A DNA stretch of 38,704 nt, from positions 1-38,704 of the forward strand of contig RDEW01000069.1 in NCBI GenBank assembly GCA_011109175.1. The letters are read 5' to 3'. This document shows positions 33,440 through 38,704 of this stretch, one piece after another (position 1 is the stretch's first letter; each line of letters opens with the position of its first letter). A model generated the notes under the pieces. The model worked only from the letters and a program-made list of their open reading frames with translations, had not been told where the DNA came from and ran no database searches. The position numbers and the translations under genes are program-made. This DNA is from Dicyema japonicum. Its lineage: Eukaryota; Animalia; Dicyemida.

Positions 33440-36400
33440 ATTCCAAAGTAAGTAAGGAGTTATTTTTAGGATATTTAAACGTGTCCGACTATGCGGCCTG
33501 GACACTTCCGATGTATCCACACTCCATTTAGTTATCTTCTATCGTCGGATCGCATTGATTCTTTTCTCTACGATGTTTTTTAACAGGAGTTAGAATCATG
33601 TCTTCTTCAGTACTGAGAGCATCCCAGAGCCTTTTCCCTAAAGCCAACTTTATTGCCGACTTTCTGGTTTTTTCAATGAGAAACATTCTTCTTTCTCTTT
33701 GGCAAGAGAAAAACCATGCTACGCATCCATATAGCAGTTCCGGTAGGATGATCCTCATGAAGATGAACAAGAAGGTTTCCAGGCTTACAAACAACTTTCT
33801 CGTACATAAGAGTGCTTGAAGCGCCTTCTTCCTTCTTCGTCTTATGTCCTCCATGAAGGAACCATTCCCATCGATTGCTATCCCGAGGTAGCGCATTGAG
33901 TTTACTTTAGGAATCTCTAATGAGTAAGGCTGCTTCTGATGCCTCCTTAGGCGACTTACTCGTAGAGAGCTGGATTTCTCAGTAGACAATCTCATCCCTC
34001 TTTTTGTGCACCAGTCCTGAACACTTTAGGAATCTCTAATGAGTAAGGCTGCTTCTGATGCCTCCTTAGGCGACTTACTCGTAGAGAGCTGGATTTCTCA
34101 GTAGACAATCTCATCCCTCTTTTTGTGCACCAGTCCTGAACTTGTCTAATGAATGACATGATCCTTTTCTCCGAAAGAGTTGATTTGCCAGATGTATCTG
34201 TGATCAGAATATCATCGGCGTATATCAATAGTTTTGTGTTAATATCCGGTGGAGTTGGAAAATCTGATAGGAATATGTTGAATGGCAGAGGGCTCAGGAC
34301 GGAACCCTGAGGAACTCCCCTCTTCAGTATGATGTCTTTCGACATATGTGCTCCAACACGTACTTGGGAAATCCGTTTTGTTAGGAAATCTCTTATCCAT
34401 ATGAGAAGTTTTTTTGGATCTGAGCAGCTGCTAGCCTTGATAGGAGTGCTTCGTGCCACACACTATCAAAAGCCTTGGACAGATCCAAACATACCAGGTT
34501 GACTAGTCTTTTGACTTCCAGACCTCTCAATACCGTTGAATGCATCTGGTAGATACAGTCCGTGCATGATTTTCCAGGTCTGAAGCCCCATTGTTCTGCG
34601 AGGAAGAAACCACTTTCTTCTATGTGGTCGTTAAGCCTTCTGAAGATAATTCGTTAGATAATCTTGGAGATCGAACAGATGAGGCTTATCGGCCTATAGC
34701 TGAGAGGGTCCCTCCTCGATTTTCCTGGTTTCAGTATCATTCTGACAATGGAAGATTTCCAGCGTTTTGGGACATGACCATGATGNCTTTTGACTTCCAG
34801 ACCTCTCAATACCGTTGAATGTATCTGGTAGATACAGTCCGTGCATGATTTTCCAGGTCTGAAGCCACATTGTTCTGCGATTTGGAAACCACTTTCTTCT
34901 ATGTGGTTGTTAAGCCTTCTGAAGATAATTCGTTCGATAATCTTGGAGATCGAACAGATGAGGCTTATTGGCCTATAGCTGAGAGGGTCCCTCCTCGATT
35001 TTCCCGGTTTCAGTATCATTCTGACAATGGAAGATTTCCAGCGTTTTGGGACATGACCATGATGAATGCTTGCATTGAATAAATTCTTCTGTATGGGAAA
35101 TAGAGCCTCTGGGGCTTCCTTGAACAATCTCATGCTTAGATGGTCAAGTCCAGGAGCGTTAGCCTTGCATTTCATGATTGCAGTCATGACTTCATCCGTA
35201 GTTATTTTCACTCAGTATCTTTAAGATCGTCCAAACAGTAGGTTAAAATTTCACGTGAAGAATCTAACGTCTCCCTCGGAATAAGCTCCATCGGGTTGAC
35301 CCCCTGAATACGGTCCAGTTGTTTCTTAAAAATATCTGAGGCTTCTTCCATAGAACACAGTCCACCTTCTGGCTTGGTCAAGGAGATTTTTATGTCATTC
35401 CTTTTCTGGTTAGTTATTCTTTTGTAGAACTTCCAGAACGAGGGGTCTTTGGTGTTTAGTTTGCTTGCCTCTACCCTCAAACATTGTTCTTGAGATAGTC
35501 TTGTTCCTTCTTCAATGGCTTTCTTGGTTATCTTCAATTGTCCGGTCAGTGCAATCCGGTCTATCCAGTCCACACATCTTCTGAGTTTAGTCCTCAGGCG
35601 ATTCCTTTCATTGATCAAAGATAATGTGGAAATCGAAAGACTGATGCTCTTTCCATGATTAGTACTTGAGGATCTCCTTCTTGCGTAAAGCATTAAGTAT
35701 GTCTCCATCATGATAGAGAGTTCATTGTCTATGATGTCGATATCACTTCGGGAATAATCTTTATCCTTCCAGTCTTTGAGGTTTCTTGATATGTACCTTC
35801 TGTAGTGTTCCCAGTTTATTCTTGTTAGGTCGTAACCTGTAAACACAGAGTCCATGGAGTCTGGAGCTAGGTTCAATAACATCTCTTGGGGTATATGATC
35901 ACTCCCGATGTCCCACATGATCATCGGCTTTTCTACATAATTGTAGAGTGGTGGTGACACCAGGAACACCACCAAACATGTCTCCCCCGTAGTGCGAGTA
36001 ATGATTCGGTTTTTCCGATGTCAAAATCTCAAATCCAGTTTTATCACTCAATTTCCTTAGTCTGATTCCATCATCGTTAGTACCGAGGCATCCATATTCA
36101 ATGTTTTTGGCATTTAGATCACCCACTAGGATAGACATATCATTTCTTGTGAAGAATTCTAGTCTGATTCCATCATCGTTAGTACCGAGGCATCCATATT
36201 CAATGTTTTTGGCATTTAGATCACCCACTAGGATAGACATATCATTTCTTGTGAAGAATTCTTCAATTTATGTGGAACACTTTCTAAGGTCTTTTGAATA
36301 CATTCCACCAACGTGAATCCAACTGCCGCAGCATCTCACCTCGACGGAAACAAATTCATAGTGTGTATTCATAATAATTTTTGGCTCACGTATCTGTAGA

Positions 36401-37760
36401 ACTTCACTTTAGAACAATGTGGTTCCAGTACCAGCTTCTGCACCTTCGACCCATGGAAATTCTACAGAATTGTATCCCTCTAGCATTGTGTTGTTGGTCT
36501 TTTACACTTTGGTCTCGTTGACCACCAGGATGTCGATCTTAATGGACGATAGTAGTAGTGCCAGGTCATGACGCCTCTTCTTTAGCGATCGGGCGTTCAC
36601 CAGCACTATCTACAAGTTTCTTTTAAATTTTCTTGTTGGTGGCCCGGACTCTCCATGGCCAGGTCCACCATATTGCGTAAATCCACTCCGAGTATGTTTC
36701 TTAGTTCCTTCAGTCTTGATACTATTTCCTTTAGTTTTTTATAATACTCCCTGATAACTTTTCCTTTGGTAGACTCTCGTGGAGGAGGTGCAGCTTCGTA
36801 CTTGTTAGTACTTGGGCCAATTATCCTTTTTTGGGCTGGCGGTTCCAATTTCTTGGTTATAATATCCGTCTGTTTCTGTTCCCTGTTGTCGATTCGGGAG
36901 TTTACTTTTCGTCTGGCCTCCATGAATACAGGGCATCCTTCGTATCTTGCGCCGTGTCTTGTTAACCCGCAGTTAACATATTTTCGTTCAAGAGTTGGAT
37001 CCGCCCGTGCACTGGTATGCAAAGTGGCCGATTTGCTGATAACTGTAGCAGATTGGTGGTTCTCTTCGCATCCATTCACAAAAAATCTTGTTCGTCCCGA
37101 TGTAGAAGCCACATCTAATTAGTGATGTAGCCTCCGACTTCATATTGATCGTGGCCTTCGCCAATGGCATGGCCTGCGATCCTCTGGTCATTCGGGTAAC
37201 CTTCGTGACTGAGGGAGCCATCTCCTGAAGGTAGTCCAAGAGGTCGTCCTCCTTTACCCAGAAGGGAAGGTTCCTGAGGACAATCTCAGACGGTTTTGTT
37301 GAGATTGTCTTGAAATGGTGATTGTCATTACCAAAAAGGCAGGTCTCATTCACCGCCTCTATAAAAGTGGCCACATAAGAGTTATCCAGGAAATCCAGTC
37401 GGAAAGAGTTCGGTCCTTAGTGGTTCATCCTCATAGATCCGTATTGGTCATAGTATTGTAAAACATTTGCGATTTTAATCGCATTCATAGTAGAATTCAC
37501 TGTAATTAATATAGTCTTGTTCTCTGAATGATCGGATTTCATTAGTTCATCCGTATATTTAGACATATCCTTGGGATCGTATTTTATAATGACATTCGCT
37601 GGTTTAACAAATTCAGCCTTATGCGGAGTCTTGTTCTCTAGAGAGAATGATTCAGCAGTAGCACTTCCCGGAGGACGAGAAAATCTTTTCACTTTAGTGG
37701 TTTTTACTGGTTTTAATACAGATCTCTTCGTGTTTGTTTTCTTAACCATTTATTCTGTAA
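33440..37760 (-). mobile_element. Near full-length jockey/I-group LINE (gag ORF1 plus APE-RT ORF2), disrupted
   Basis: ORF1 (37749-36606) has CYSYQQIGHFAYQC and VNCGLTRHGARYEGCP knuckles. ORF2 has VNARSL, VVNETK, GDLNAK, GSDH, ILKPGK..YRPISL, LDLSKAFDSVWH, GVPQGSVLSP, YADD and RYLGI. Frameshifts and internal duplications are present. Confidence 0.93.
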
Positions 37761-37804
37761 TAATAATAATAACCATTTATTCTGTAGAACTTCACTGTAG
37801 AACT

Positions 37805-38078
37805 GTTCTAATTTATCCTAACGCATCTTCTCATTCACCCTAGTCCATTCTCTAATACACCCAAATCCATTTTCTAATACATCCTAACACATCTTCTAAT
37901 TCACCTTAACCCATTCTCTAATACACCAAAATCCATTCTCTAATACAACATAATTCATTCTCTTATTCACCCTAATCCATTCTCTAATTCATCCTAATCC
38001 ATTCTCTAATACACCCTAATCCATTCTCTAATACACCCTAATCCATTCTCTAATATACCTTAACTCCTTCTCAAATAG
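37805..38078. repeat. 22 bp minisatellite (about 12 units, consensus ccctaatccattctctaataca)
   Basis: Directly visible head-to-tail units with substitutions and no spacers. Confidence 0.9.
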
Positions 38079-38271
38079 ACTTTAATTAATCAGAAAATAG
38101 GGGACCGATATCAAGGTCTCCCATTTTTGTCCCATACTACGTCGAACATGTATTCTCCATATAACTTTCCTCCTCTCCTATATTTAAGAAATCCCAAGAT
38201 TGATAAGAAAGTAGAATCGATAGAGGACCACTCAAGGAAAGTCCGAGAATTACTCAAAGTTAGGATCATTT

Positions 38272-38704
38272 AATTATTATTATTTAACCCCGAAAATGGA
38301 ACACCAAGAAAGAAGGAGTAAACCAACTAAGTGATCCTGGTACGCCTCAAGGTTATCTATTTTCCTGGTTTTAGGAAGGGTATTATAAGTGAGTTCTTCC
38401 ATTTGCATAAGATGACGTTCTTGTTAGAAGACAAATTAAGAAATGATTGCAACATTACCAAGGTGTTTTAGCAAAAAAGTGCCGTCAGGATATTTTAATC
38501 GATCTCATTTGCGTAAATAAATTGATTTACGAAGTTGGTTTAGGCATTAAATTCCGAATGTGACAAGAATGAGATTTCGAGAAGTCCTTGTGACTTATAG
38601 ATGCGTAGTATTTCATTAGGTTGTTGCACAGTATTTGGAGCAAAAAAAGATTCTTATACATATGATAAGTTTAGCTTGATTCGATGAATAGTTTTCCATA
38701 AAGA
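38272..38704 (-). mobile_element. Internally deleted LINE: RT N-terminal part fused to the 3' end
   Basis: PDG.FLLKHLG and KWKNSLIIPFLKPGK, followed within about 25 nt by ggatcacttag (..IT*), a UTR and ggggttaaataataat. Confidence 0.7.

Noticed and set aside
33903-36262. Internal duplications in the jockey-like ORF2 (near 33903-34140, around the N at 34786, and 36058-36262)
   Set aside because: Probably assembly or gap-filling artefacts in a multicopy repeat; one is centred on an N.
37805-38078. CRISPR array or true telomere
   Set aside because: There are no unique spacers and no uninterrupted (TTAGGG)n run; the context is eukaryotic and internal.
1-38704. Uni-strand (flamenco-like) piRNA cluster
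   Set aside because: The long elements are mostly on the minus strand, but about a dozen fragments are on the plus strand and host genes are interspersed. This cannot be supported without small-RNA data.

Overview
AT-rich eukaryotic scaffold with one 412-N gap and four single-N joins. It is mostly a mosaic of decayed transposons: APE-RT LINEs, CRE- and R4/Dong-type RLE retroelements, RTE pieces, a jockey/I-type element with gag, a tRNA-type SINE, and hAT, Merlin and pogo/Tigger DNA transposon relics. Two host genes were missed or truncated by the ORF track because they carry 21-27 nt introns. One is an apparently intact UBF-like gene (29280-30010) and the other a PRC1/Ase1 3' portion (~31960-32388). 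Such intron sizes under the standard code suggest a tiny-intron animal parasite such as a dicyemid (inference). The most notable system is a compact ~3 kb single-ORF Ingi/Vingi-like LINE (26000-29027, minus). Its 5' end folds by hand into an HDV-like double-pseudoknot ribozyme. An AUG inside the ribozyme (J1/2) opens a frame that reads through the ribozyme into a 2A StopGo peptide (GDVEQNPG/P) and then APE-RT. The protein ends in a short family-specific C-x6-H...GIT* tail with no RNase H or CCHC knuckle. Two further ribozyme-like heads occur, one with a compensatory base change, and one of them caps a ~180 bp non-autonomous derivative. All family assignments come from motif recognition by eye; no searches or folding programs were run.
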